64,000 nt of DNA from Gammaproteobacteria bacterium. Lineage in GTDB: Bacteria; Pseudomonadota; Gammaproteobacteria; JAUZRS01. Both the position numbers and the translations under genes were made by a program. Under the pieces are notes generated by a model that saw only the letters and a list, made by a program, of their open reading frames with translations, was not told the origin of the DNA and did no database searches. This document shows positions 42,244-51,725 of this stretch, one piece after another. The stretch lies in contig JAUZSP010000003.1 in assembly GCA_030949385.1 (NCBI GenBank), forward strand, positions 453,670 through 517,669, in the 5' to 3' direction. How positions within the stretch are numbered: the stretch's first letter is position 1; each line of letters starts with the position of its first letter.

Positions 42244-43059
42244 GTGCTGTCTCTCGCAGTGATGCGTTTTCCTTTTGTTCTGTTGTTTGCGCTGCTGTTG
42301 AGTGCGTGCGGTGGGACAACGCTTAAACCCGATGAGGGCGATGGGCCGGGTCGAGTTTTAGACCCGTCTCAGATTCGTGACCCAATTCCTAAGATGGAGC
42401 CGCGCAGCCGGTACGGTAATCCCAAATCTTATGTGGTGTTTGGCAAACGTTATTACGTCATGCCGAGCAGCAAGGGGTATCAGGAGAAGGGCATTGCTTC
42501 TTGGTATGGCAGCAAATTTCACGGTCGCCGCACCTCCAGCGGCGAACCCTTTGATATGTATCTTGTGACGGCGGCACATCGCAGCTTGCCTCTGCCAACT
42601 TACGTTGAAATTACCCATCTGGACAACGGTCGTAAGATCATTGCCAAGGTTAATGATCGTGGCCCGTTTCACGCCAAGCGCATCATTGATCTCTCCTACG
42701 CCGCTGCGGCTAAGTTGGGCATTTTGGCTACCGGTACGGGGCGGGTTGAGGTGCGGGCTTTGGATCTCTCCTCTGAGGGCGAAAAACGAGAATTCGATAA
42801 AGTTGAATCAAATGAGTCAGTGGGGTTGTCGATTCAAGTGGGAGCTTACCGTGAAGAGGCTAATGCATGGGCGATGCAGCGTCGTTTGCAGCGTCTCTTC
42901 CGTCGTCAGGGTGTAACGCTTTATGCCGCCCGTGATCCTACTAAGCTTTATCGGGTGCGTATTGGGCCTTTGCAAAATCAGCAGCAGGCCGATCAAGTGG
43001 CGCAGAGCTTGGAACAAGAGGGTATATTTTCTTACTCATTATTGCGCGATGCGGACTAG
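42244..43059 (+). CDS. rlpA: Endolytic peptidoglycan transglycosylase RlpA with SPOR domain
   Basis: Lipobox LSAC, 'GIASWYG', 'TAAHRSLP', 'VNDRGPF'; C-terminal SPOR domain. Confidence 0.92.
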   Translation: MLSLAVMRFPFVLLFALLLSACGGTTLKPDEGDGPGRVLDPSQIRDPIPKMEPRSRYGNPKSYVVFGKRYYVMPSSKGYQEKGIASWYGSKFHGRRTSSGEPFDMYLVTAAHRSLPLPTYVEITHLDNGRKIIAKVNDRGPFHAKRIIDLSYAAAAKLGILATGTGRVEVRALDLSSEGEKREFDKVESNESVGLSIQVGAYREEANAWAMQRRLQRLFRRQGVTLYAARDPTKLYRVRIGPLQNQQQADQVAQSLEQEGIFSYSLLRDAD

Positions 43060-43101
43060 ATCTACCTTTTTATTTGGAAGCGCGTTACCATTCTTCCCTT
43101 T

Positions 43102-44322
43102 TTGATCTTTAGCAGAGTGATTATTACCCACATGTTTTCTATTTCTGAAGTTGCCTCTGAGCTGAAAAACGGTAGGCACTTGTTTGTTGCAACACTTCTT
43201 AGTTTGGTGCTGTTTTTTTTCACCTTAGTGGCGAATGCAGCACCAATGCCGATTCCGGCTCCGCCGTCGATTGCGGCCAAAAGTTACTTGTTGATTGATT
43301 TTGACAGTGGCCATACCTTGATGGATCGTGCGTCGAGTGCGCGCATTGAGCCTGCCAGCATTACTAAACTGATGACCGCTTACGTGGTTTACAATGAGTT
43401 GGAAAAAGGCACGTTTAACGACGCTGACTTGGTGACCATCAGTGAAAAAGCCTGGCGTATGAAAGGCTCCCGCATGTTCATTGAAGTGGGCAAACAGGTG
43501 TCGGTGAAAGATCTGCTGCGTGGTTTGACCATTCAATCAGGTAACGATGCCAGTGTGGCTCTGGCGGAGTTTGTGGCGGGCAGCGAAGACAGTTTTGTCA
43601 GTCACATGAATCTCTATGCGGATCGCTTGGGCATGTCTGATACGCATTTTATGAACAGCACCGGTTTGCCTCACGCAGAGCATTACACCAGCGCGAGAGA
43701 TCTGGCCAAGCTGGCGCGCGCACTGATTAATAACTTTCCTGAACAGTATAAAATGTACGCGGAAAAGCAGTTTGTTTATAACAACATTCCGCAGTACAAC
43801 CGCAATAAACTGCTCTGGAGTGACAGCAGCGTTGATGGTCTGAAAACCGGTCACACCGAATCCGCCGGTTATTGTCTGGCCAGTTCGGCGAAACGGGGTG
43901 AGATGCGTCTGATTTCGATTTTATTGGGCGCTAAGAGCAAAAAATCCCGTGCTCGTGAGAGTCAGAAGATGCTGGATTACGGTTTCCGCTTTTTCCGTAC
44001 TTACAAGTTGTACAGCAAAGATCAGGTGTTGAATCGCGCACGGATCTGGAAGGGCGAAGTGAGTGAGTTGCCGTTGGGCGTTAGTGATGATTTTTACATC
44101 ACCATTCCGCGTGATCAGTACGGCGATTTGAAAGCCAATATGGAGTTGCAAGAGCCGATTACCGCTCCGATAACACAAGGCACGGCCTTGGGTACAGTGC
44201 AGGTGCATCTGTTTGATAAATTGGTGAAAGAGCAGCCGTTGGTGGCGTTGAAAGAGGTGCCTGAGGGCAATTTCTTCCAGCGCAGTTGGGATACGGTGTT
44301 GGAGTCCATTGACTCGTTTTAA
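43102..44322 (+). CDS. dacA: D-alanyl-D-alanine carboxypeptidase (PBP5/6); true start uncertain
   Basis: SITK, SGN and KTG motifs; PBP5_C domain; gene context. Confidence 0.9.
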   Translation: MIFSRVIITHMFSISEVASELKNGRHLFVATLLSLVLFFFTLVANAAPMPIPAPPSIAAKSYLLIDFDSGHTLMDRASSARIEPASITKLMTAYVVYNELEKGTFNDADLVTISEKAWRMKGSRMFIEVGKQVSVKDLLRGLTIQSGNDASVALAEFVAGSEDSFVSHMNLYADRLGMSDTHFMNSTGLPHAEHYTSARDLAKLARALINNFPEQYKMYAEKQFVYNNIPQYNRNKLLWSDSSVDGLKTGHTESAGYCLASSAKRGEMRLISILLGAKSKKSRARESQKMLDYGFRFFRTYKLYSKDQVLNRARIWKGEVSELPLGVSDDFYITIPRDQYGDLKANMELQEPITAPITQGTALGTVQVHLFDKLVKEQPLVALKEVPEGNFFQRSWDTVLESIDSF

Positions 44323-44349
44323 CTAATCTCATCGGTATGCTTGCTTAGG

Positions 44350-44376
44350 GAAAGCGCAGCATTGGCTGCGCTTTTT
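44350..44376 (+). terminator. Rho-independent terminator
   Basis: AAAGCGCAGC-ATTG-GCTGCGCTTTTT. Confidence 0.75.
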
Positions 44377-44417
44377 CGTTGTTGAAGATTGATTTAACGT
44401 TGGAAAGAGGTGCAGTT

Positions 44418-45291
44418 ATGCGTGGCGTGGCCTATTTGAACGGTGTGTTTTTGCCTTTATCTGAGGCGAAAATATCGGTTTTGGATCGTGGTTTTTTGTT
44501 TGGTGACGGTGTTTACGAAGTGATTCCCGCCTACGGCGGTGAGCTGTTCCGTCTGCCGCAGCACTTGGCGCGTCTGCAGCGCAGTTTGGATGGCATTCGT
44601 CTGGCCAATCCGCACAGCGAGGCTGAGTGGACACACATTTTGCAGCAGGTGGTGGATCACAGCAGCGAGCCAGAGCAGAACGTCTACTTGCAGTTGACGC
44701 GAGGGGTGCAGACACGGCGCGATCATGTGGTCTCAGAACCGATGCAGCCAACGGTTTTCTCCATGAGCAACCCGATTCTTCCTCTGTCGCCTGAGGTGAT
44801 AAACAATGGCATCAAAGCGGTGACGATGGACGACATTCGTTGGGAGTATTGCCATCTGAAAACCATCGCTCTGTTGCCCAATGTGCTGCTTAAACAGCAG
44901 GCCTATGAAACCGGTGCCAGTGAAGCGTTGCTGGTGAAAACCGGCTGTGGTTACCGAAGGTTCGGCGAGTAACTTTTTTATTGTTGAGCAAGGGGTGATC
45001 ATCACGCCACCGAAAAGTGCCAAACTGCTGCCAGGCGTGACCCGTGATCTGGTCTTGGAGCTGGCCGCTGAATACGGTCTGCCCCACCGAGAAGAGGAGG
45101 TGCCTTTGGCGCAGTTACAGAGTGCAGATGAGATTTGGCTCACCAGCTCGACCCGTGAGGTGGTGCCGGTAACGCAGTTAGACGGTCAGCCTGTGGGTTC
45201 CGGTCTGCCAGGGAAGGTTTGGAAGACCCTGCGGGACTGTTATCAAATATTTAAACGCCAACAGTGTCGTCTGCAGGAGGATAAATCATGA
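44418..45291 (+). CDS. dat: D-amino-acid aminotransferase (class IV PLP); +1 frameshift at about 44937-44950 (290 aa if corrected)
   Basis: 'DRGFLFGDGVYEV' and 'HLKTIALL' in one frame; 'VTEGSASN...LLPGVTR...LTSS' in the next. Confidence 0.85.
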
Positions 45292-45551
45292 GCGAAGAGA
45301 GTTTAATTGAGTTTCCCTGTCAGTTTGCTATCAAGGTGATGGGCAAAAACTCCACTGAATTTGAAGCCTTGGTGATCTCCATTGTGCGCCAGCACGTTTC
45401 TGATCTGGGTGAGGGTGCGGTGAAAAATCGCCCCAGCAGCAAGGGTAAATTCACCTCGCTGACGGTGACGGTCAACGCCACCAGTCAGCAGCATTTGGAT
45501 GACATTTACCGTGCCTTGACCGCCAGTAAGCAGGTGTTAATGGCGCTGTGA
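45288..45551 (+). CDS. ybeD: YbeD/DUF493 family protein
   Basis: '[13 protein letters not shown]', '[11 protein letters not shown]'; located before lipB. Confidence 0.9.
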   Translation: MSEESLIEFPCQFAIKVMGKNSTEFEALVISIVRQHVSDLGEGAVKNRPSSKGKFTSLTVTVNATSQQHLDDIYRALTASKQVLMAL

Positions 45552-46210
45552 TGGCTCAAGATGATTTGATTGTGCGTCAATTGGGATTGTGTGATTACGA
45601 ACCGATCTGGCACGCGATGCAGAATTTTACCGATCAGCGTCAACCAGAGAGTCTCGATGAATTTTGGCTGCTGGAGCATGAGCCGATCTTTACCCAAGGC
45701 CAAGCGGGTAAGGCAGAGCATCTGCTCAACCCCGGTCATATTCCTGTTTTGCAGGTGGATCGCGGTGGGCAGGTGACTTACCACGGACCTGGTCAGTTGA
45801 TGTTCTATCTGTTGTTGGATCTGCGCCGACGTAAGTTGGGCGTGCGCCAGTTGGTGACGTTGATGGAGCAGAGCGTGATTAAGCTGCTGGCGGAATACGA
45901 TATTACGGCACTGGCCAGAGCAGATGCGCCGGGGGTTTATGTTGATGCGGCTAAAGTGGCCGCGCTCGGTTTGCGCGTGCGCCACGGGCGCTGTTATCAC
46001 GGGTTGAGTTTGAACGTCGATCTGGATTTAAGCCCCTTTGCGGGCATCAATCCCTGTGGTTATCAGGGTCTGAAGGTGACGCGGCTGCACGATTTGGGTG
46101 TGGAAGATTCTTTGGCTGAGGTGCGAGCGCGTCTGAGCGAGCATTTGCTGATGGAACTGGGTTACAATAGCCCTCATTTTACCACTGAATTTCCTAACGA
46201 TTATGTCTGA
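45551..46210 (+). CDS. lipB: Octanoyltransferase LipB
   Basis: '[13 protein letters not shown]', 'KVAALG', 'HGLSLN', 'INPCG'. Confidence 0.95.
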   Translation: MAQDDLIVRQLGLCDYEPIWHAMQNFTDQRQPESLDEFWLLEHEPIFTQGQAGKAEHLLNPGHIPVLQVDRGGQVTYHGPGQLMFYLLLDLRRRKLGVRQLVTLMEQSVIKLLAEYDITALARADAPGVYVDAAKVAALGLRVRHGRCYHGLSLNVDLDLSPFAGINPCGYQGLKVTRLHDLGVEDSLAEVRARLSEHLLMELGYNSPHFTTEFPNDYV

Positions 46211-47180
46211 TAAAACCTCCGTTACTGCCCCCTCTCGCCTTGATCCTGAACACCACCAACGGGGCGCGGCCAAGTTGTCGCGCATTCCAGTGAAGATCAA
46301 ACGCACCGAAAAAATGGTGCGTAAACCGCGCTGGATTCGCGCCGCCCATCAAGGTGATCCCAAAGTACAGCAGTTGAAAAAGCTGCTGCGCGAGAAAAAT
46401 TTGCACACCGTTTGTGAAGAGGCTAACTGCCCCAATTTGGGCGAGTGTTTCAGCCACGGTACGGCGACCTTTATGATTATGGGTGACATCTGCACCCGTC
46501 GCTGCCCCTTTTGTGATGTCTCTCACGGTCGGCCTAACCCGTTGGATAAAGATGAACCCAAGCAGTTGGGGCAGACCATTCAGCTGATGGGGCTCTCGTA
46601 TGTGGTGATCACTTCGGTGGATCGGGACGATCTGCGTGACGGCGGTGCAGGGCATTTTGCCGAGTGCATTGCTGAGGTTAAAGCGGCTAATCCTAAAATT
46701 CAGATCGAGGTCTTGGTGCCTGATTTTCGTGGTCGTATGGAAGTGGCGCTGGAGGCTTTGGGTCAGAATTTGCCCCACGTCTTTAACCACAATTTGGAGA
46801 CGGTGCCGCGCCTTTATAAAGCCGCTCGTCCTGGCTCGGATTATCAGTGGTCGTTGGATCTGCTGAAAAATTTCAAGGCGCGCTTTAAGGGCATCGCTAC
46901 CAAGTCCGGTTTGATGTTGGGTTTGGGTGAAGAGCTGGCTGAGGTGGAGCAGGTGATGTTGGATCTGCGCGCCCACGGCTGTGAGATGTTGACCTTGGGG
47001 CAGTATTTGCAACCGAGCCGCGATCATCTGCCGGTGGCGCGTTTTGTCACTCCTGAGGAGTTTGATGAGTTGGCGTTGATCGGGAAAAAGATGGGCTTTC
47101 AGCATGTGGCCAGTGGGCCAATGGTGCGCTCGTCCTATCATGCCGATCAGCAGGCGATGTCAGCCGGTGCGGTGGAGTAG
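46203..47180 (+). CDS. lipA: Lipoyl synthase
   Basis: [20 protein letters not shown] and RSSY motifs. Confidence 0.97.
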   Translation: MSDKTSVTAPSRLDPEHHQRGAAKLSRIPVKIKRTEKMVRKPRWIRAAHQGDPKVQQLKKLLREKNLHTVCEEANCPNLGECFSHGTATFMIMGDICTRRCPFCDVSHGRPNPLDKDEPKQLGQTIQLMGLSYVVITSVDRDDLRDGGAGHFAECIAEVKAANPKIQIEVLVPDFRGRMEVALEALGQNLPHVFNHNLETVPRLYKAARPGSDYQWSLDLLKNFKARFKGIATKSGLMLGLGEELAEVEQVMLDLRAHGCEMLTLGQYLQPSRDHLPVARFVTPEEFDELALIGKKMGFQHVASGPMVRSSYHADQQAMSAGAVE

Positions 47181-47189
47181 AGAATCAAC

Positions 47190-47873
47190 ATGAGAATATT
47201 AAAATATACGTTGCTGGCTCTGCCGGTGTTGGTTTGGCTTTTTTGGGTGTTGGCTCCCAGTGATCGCACTTATCGCATGACGGATCTGCCGTGGCAGCAT
47301 GAGGTGTTGGCTAACGGTGATTTGAAGGTGTTTGGTTTGACTTTGGGTCAATCGATTTTGCAAGAGGCGCGGGTCAAAGTGGCCAAACCGGCCAGCGTTG
47401 GCCTGTTTCAAAACCCAGATAATGAGCTTGCTCTGGAAGCCTATTTTGAAAATGTGTTGTTGTCGGGTCTGCGGGTGGGTTTGATCTGTGAGGTTGAGGC
47501 GACTCAAGCGCAGTTAATAGAGTTTGCCAAGCGCAATGTGAGTCGTTCTCCTATGCCCAGTGGTTCATTGAAATACGAGCTGACCGAGGCGGATCTGAAC
47601 ACCATTGTGGATTGGAAAATTCGCAGCCTGAATTATTTGCCGACGATCAATTGGGAGCCTGAGCTGTTATTGCGTCGTTTTGGTTTGCCGGATGAGAAGA
47701 TTACTTTAAAAGAGAACATCGCGTATTGGCTCTACCCCAAACAGGGATTGGCGATTACTGTAGACGATGAAGGCAAAGAGCTGATGCAGTACGTTAGACC
47801 AGCGGACTTTGGTCGGATTCGGGAAGAGATTGATAAGCAGGTGGTGGCTGAAGAGGTTGAAGAGGTTTTGTAG
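47190..47873 (+). CDS. Hypothetical membrane-anchored protein
   Basis: 227-aa ORF starting 9 nt after lipA; N-terminal TM helix, 'LPWQ' motif. Confidence 0.65.
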   Translation: MRILKYTLLALPVLVWLFWVLAPSDRTYRMTDLPWQHEVLANGDLKVFGLTLGQSILQEARVKVAKPASVGLFQNPDNELALEAYFENVLLSGLRVGLICEVEATQAQLIEFAKRNVSRSPMPSGSLKYELTEADLNTIVDWKIRSLNYLPTINWEPELLLRRFGLPDEKITLKENIAYWLYPKQGLAITVDDEGKELMQYVRPADFGRIREEIDKQVVAEEVEEVL

Positions 47874-47938
47874 GTTGATTTTTTATTCGTTGCTTAAAAC
47901 GGTTTTGTTGAACGTAAGCACAAATTTTTGCCGTACCC

Positions 47939-48012
47939 GTAGAGGCATCCCTTGTGTATGCCCAAAACAATAATCAATCGTAATTAGGGCAACCACAAGG
48001 GATTGCCCCTAC
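47939..48012. repeat. Inverted REP doublet (REPIN-like, GTAG family)
   Basis: GTAGAGGCATCCCTTGTGTATGCCC ... GGGCAACCACAAGGGATTGCCCCTAC. Confidence 0.7.
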
Positions 48013-48082
48013 AGTTGGATGGATTAAATGGTGGTTATGCTCGCCTAGGTTTTACTGCACGCTAATTTATATTGCCCAGAAG

Positions 48083-48577
48083 TCAGCCCGACCATGTGTG
48101 TATTGACATGCTCACTACCCTTGCGCTGCTGTCTTTCAACCCCTGTTTGGGTAACTCTTGATTGGCAATTTTTTTCTCAGTGGCTGCTTTGCGACGTTGA
48201 TCAAAGACCGTTTTCACCTGTTGGCTGTAGTCGGTTAGCATCTTATCGACCGCATCTTGTTTCTCTTTTTGGCTGATCAATTGGCAGATGTAGTTTTTGT
48301 CTTTGGCAAAGAGATTGTAATGGTCGTGTTTCCCTCCAGAGGCTTTTTCCCAGACCTTTTTGTCCAGAATGGCATCGGCTTGTACAACAAGAACATCGTC
48401 ATTTTGCAGTTGAATCAGATAGAGACCAGCGGCGTTGAAAAAAATCTCATGACCAACTGGATCAACTTGCTGCGGGTGGGGGTCTCTTGCACCGTGTTCG
48501 GCAACGGCGCTGGCCAGAGCGCTGAGGCCGAAGAGAAAAATCGACAGGGGGATATAAAAGATTTTTTTGAGTGTCAT
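48083..48577 (-). CDS. Hypothetical exported protein
   Basis: AAGGA RBS, Sec-type signal peptide MTLKKIFYIPLSIFLFGLSALASA; no family recognised. Confidence 0.6.
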   Translation of the reverse strand: MTLKKIFYIPLSIFLFGLSALASAVAEHGARDPHPQQVDPVGHEIFFNAAGLYLIQLQNDDVLVVQADAILDKKVWEKASGGKHDHYNLFAKDKNYICQLISQKEKQDAVDKMLTDYSQQVKTVFDQRRKAATEKKIANQELPKQGLKDSSARVVSMSIHTWSG

Positions 48578-48728
48578 GGGCTTTCCTTTGCCTGTTGTAC
48601 AATTCAGTTCCTGACTACGCTGAAGTGTAGCCATTAAGGTGGACTGTGGTGTCTTGATTAGATCAGTTGTGCTGCTTTAGCTCATACCTCAATTGCGGTA
48701 GTGGGGTGTTGTTCAGGGGTTTTTTGTC

Positions 48729-48745
48729 AGCACCAAATTGGTGCA
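48729..48745. promoter_or_regulatory. NtrC-type enhancer binding site
   Basis: AGCACCA-AAT-TGGTGCA vs consensus TGCACCA-N3-TGGTGCA; weaker second site at 48758-48774. Confidence 0.75.
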
Positions 48746-48829
48746 TTTTTTTGTCTAGGCACTAATTTATGCCCGATTTAAGATTATTCAGATGGGTCAA
48801 TAGAGAAGTGTTTTATAAAAGTAATTAAT

Positions 48830-48842
48830 AATCAATAGTTTA
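48830..48842 (+). promoter_or_regulatory. IHF binding site
   Basis: AATCAA-TAGT-TTA matches WATCAA-N4-TTR in AT-rich DNA between the enhancer and the promoter. Confidence 0.6.
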
Positions 48843-48869
48843 TTTAATTAAAAAACATATATCTTTAAG

Positions 48870-48885
48870 TGGTATGTATTTTGCT
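48870..48885 (+). promoter_or_regulatory. Sigma54 (-24/-12) promoter of the nirB operon
   Basis: TGGTAT-GTATT-TTGCT with GG-N10-GC spacing. Confidence 0.7.
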
Positions 48886-48945
48886 TTTTAAGTAACAAAT
48901 CAATCTTTAAAGCCCCTCAAGTGGGCATTTGTCGAGGTCAAAAAA

Positions 48946-51384
48946 ATGAAACAACGTTTGGTACTGGTGGGTAACGGCATGGCAGGTATGCGTGCGGTTG
49001 AGGAGCTGCTGAAGCTGGAGCCAGAGAAATATGAAATCACCGTCTTTGGCTCGGAGCCATACGGTAATTACAATCGTATTATGCTCTCGCCTGTGCTGGC
49101 CAGTGAACAGACCATCGACGATATTATTTTGAATACGCCTGAATGGTACGCGGAAAACAACATCACTCTGCATACGGGCAAGCTGGTCACCGAAATTGAC
49201 CGTGTTCAACAGCGGGTGGTGTGTGCCGATGGCACCACCGCCGATTACGACCGCGTGATTTTGGCCACGGGTTCCAACCCGTTTATGATTCCTCTGCCGG
49301 GCATTGATAAACAAGGTGTGTTGGGTTTTCGAGACATTGCTGATGTTGACACCATGCTGGCCGCTTCACAGCAGCATAAAAAAGCGGTGGTGATCGGCGG
49401 TGGTCTGCTCGGGCTGGAGGCCGCCAATGGCCTGATGAAACAGGGCATGGATGTGACCGTGGTGCATCTGCTCGACAGCTTGATGGAGCGTCAGTTGGAT
49501 CCTCCGGCTTCGGCCATGTTAAAAGCCTCGCTCGAAGAGCGGGGTATGACCTTTATGATGGAAGCGCAGACGGCTTCGATCTTGGGTGATGAGCGGGTTA
49601 CGGCGGTACAGTTTGCCGACGGTTCGAAGATCGATGCAGATCTGGTGGTGATGGCGGTGGGTATTCGCCCCAACATCGAATTGGCGCAAAATTCGGGTGT
49701 TTACTGCGAGCGCGGCGTGGTGGTGAACGACACCATGCAGAGTTATGACCCTAAAATTTACGCCGTCGGTGAGTGTGTTCAGCATCGTGGCAACTGCTAC
49801 GGCTTGGTGGCTCCGTTGTTTGAGCAGGCGAAAGTTTGTGCTAACCATTTGGCTCAGTTGGGTTACAGCCTTTATGAGGGTTCCGTTACCTCGACCAAAT
49901 TGAAAGTGACCGGCATTGATCTTTTCTCCGCCGGTGATTTTAATGAAGGCGAAGGCGATGAGGTTTTGTTGATGCAAGATCCCTCGCAAGGGGTCTACAA
50001 AAAATTGGTGATCCGCGACAACCGCATCAAGGGTGCGGTGTTGTACGGTGACACGATGGACGGTACGTGGTATTTCCAACTGCTGCGTGAAGGCACCGAC
50101 ATCAGTGATTTCCGCAGCACCATTATGTTTGGTCAGCACGATTTGGGTGATGCCGGACACGGTGATGAAGCGCGGGTGGCGATGTTATCCGACGGCGCTG
50201 AGATTTGCGGGTGCAACGGCGTTAGCAAGGGTGAGATTGTCTGTGCGATTCAGACCCAAGGCCTGTTTACCTTGGACGATGTGCGCGCCCACACCAAGGC
50301 ATCAGCCTCCTGTGGTTCCTGTACCGGCTTGGTGGAGTCTTTATTGGCCAGCACCGTCGGTGAAGGTTACAGCGCTGCACCGAGTAAAAAGGCACTCTGT
50401 GGTTGCACCGAGCACAGCCACGATGATGTGATCTCGGCGGTCAAAACGCATGAACTGAAATCCATGCGAGCGGTGTTTGATTTCTTTGAATGGAAGACCC
50501 CAGACGGTTGTGCCGCCTGTCGTCCTGCACTGAATTATTATCTTTTGGCGCGTTGGCCTGAAGAGTATCAAGACGATGCTCAATCGCGGTTTATCAACGA
50601 ACGGGCGCACGGCAACATTCAAAAAGACGGCACTTACTCGGTGATCCCGCGCATGTTTGGTGGTCTCTGTACCCCGAAAGACCTGCGTACGATTGCGGAT
50701 GTCTGCGATAAATTTGATGTGCCGGAGATGAAAGTCACCGGTGGCCAGCGGATTGATATGTTGGGGATCAAAAAAGAAGATCTGCCGCTGGTGTGGAAAG
50801 ACCTTTCCGCTGCCGGTTTTGTTTCAGGTCATGCGTATGGTAAAGCGATGCGAACGGTGAAAACCTGTGTGGGCAAAACGTGGTGTCGTTTTGGTACTCA
50901 AGACTCCACCGGCCTTGGGGTCAAGCTGGAAGAGCTGACGTGGGGGTCGTGGATGCCGCATAAGTTTAAGCTGGCGGTCTCCGGTTGCCCGCGTAACTGC
51001 GCTGAGGCGACGATTAAAGATTTTGGGGTGGTCTGTGTCGATTCCGGTTACGAGCTGCATGTCGGTGGCAACGGCGGGATTAAACTGCGCATGACCGATC
51101 TGCTCTGCAAGATTGATACGGAAGAGCAGGTGCTGGAATATTGTGGTGCTTTCACCCAGCTTTATCGTGAAGAGGCGCACTATTTAGAACGCACCGCACC
51201 GTGGGTGGAACGAGTGGGGCTGGAACATATTAAGCAATGTGTGGTGGAAGACGAAGCGGAGCGCAAACGTCTGCATGAGCGTTTTAAAGTGGGACAGAAA
51301 CAGTCTCAGATTGACCCTTGGAAAGCGCGTGCTGAAGGTGCAGAAGAGAATGAATTCCGTTCCATTGAAGTTGTGGAGGTTTAG
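48946..51384 (+). CDS. nirB: NAD(P)H-dependent siroheme nitrite reductase, large subunit
   Basis: GNGMAG FAD motif, GGGLLG NADH motif, BFD cysteines, CVGKTWC/CPRNC siroheme-FeS ligands. Confidence 0.95.
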   Translation: MKQRLVLVGNGMAGMRAVEELLKLEPEKYEITVFGSEPYGNYNRIMLSPVLASEQTIDDIILNTPEWYAENNITLHTGKLVTEIDRVQQRVVCADGTTADYDRVILATGSNPFMIPLPGIDKQGVLGFRDIADVDTMLAASQQHKKAVVIGGGLLGLEAANGLMKQGMDVTVVHLLDSLMERQLDPPASAMLKASLEERGMTFMMEAQTASILGDERVTAVQFADGSKIDADLVVMAVGIRPNIELAQNSGVYCERGVVVNDTMQSYDPKIYAVGECVQHRGNCYGLVAPLFEQAKVCANHLAQLGYSLYEGSVTSTKLKVTGIDLFSAGDFNEGEGDEVLLMQDPSQGVYKKLVIRDNRIKGAVLYGDTMDGTWYFQLLREGTDISDFRSTIMFGQHDLGDAGHGDEARVAMLSDGAEICGCNGVSKGEIVCAIQTQGLFTLDDVRAHTKASASCGSCTGLVESLLASTVGEGYSAAPSKKALCGCTEHSHDDVISAVKTHELKSMRAVFDFFEWKTPDGCAACRPALNYYLLARWPEEYQDDAQSRFINERAHGNIQKDGTYSVIPRMFGGLCTPKDLRTIADVCDKFDVPEMKVTGGQRIDMLGIKKEDLPLVWKDLSAAGFVSGHAYGKAMRTVKTCVGKTWCRFGTQDSTGLGVKLEELTWGSWMPHKFKLAVSGCPRNCAEATIKDFGVVCVDSGYELHVGGNGGIKLRMTDLLCKIDTEEQVLEYCGAFTQLYREEAHYLERTAPWVERVGLEHIKQCVVEDEAERKRLHERFKVGQKQSQIDPWKARAEGAEENEFRSIEVVEV

Positions 51385-51387
51385 GTT

Positions 51388-51717
51388 ATGAGCAATTGGA
51401 TTAACGTAGTGGCATTGGATCAGATTCCCGTTTTGGGTGCTCGGGTGGTGAATAAAGGTGATTTGAAGATTGCCGTGTTTCGCGGTTCGGATGATCAGGT
51501 TTATGCGATTCGAGATGCTTGCCCGCACAAACAAGGGCCGTTGTCGCAGGGCATTATGCACGGCAATTCCGTCACCTGCCCGCTGCACAACTGGAAAATT
51601 GATCTCACCAGTGGCAAAGCACTGGGCGTGGACGAAGGCTGTGCCAATTTGTTTCCGGTGCGGGTTGAAGCGGGTCAGGTGCAGTTGCAATTGACCCCAG
51701 AACCACTGGCAGAGTAG
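51388..51717 (+). CDS. nirD: Nitrite reductase small (Rieske) subunit
   Basis: CPH...CPLH Rieske motifs, 'GPLSQG'. Confidence 0.93.
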   Translation: MSNWINVVALDQIPVLGARVVNKGDLKIAVFRGSDDQVYAIRDACPHKQGPLSQGIMHGNSVTCPLHNWKIDLTSGKALGVDEGCANLFPVRVEAGQVQLQLTPEPLAE

Positions 51718-51725
51718 GAGGTCGT

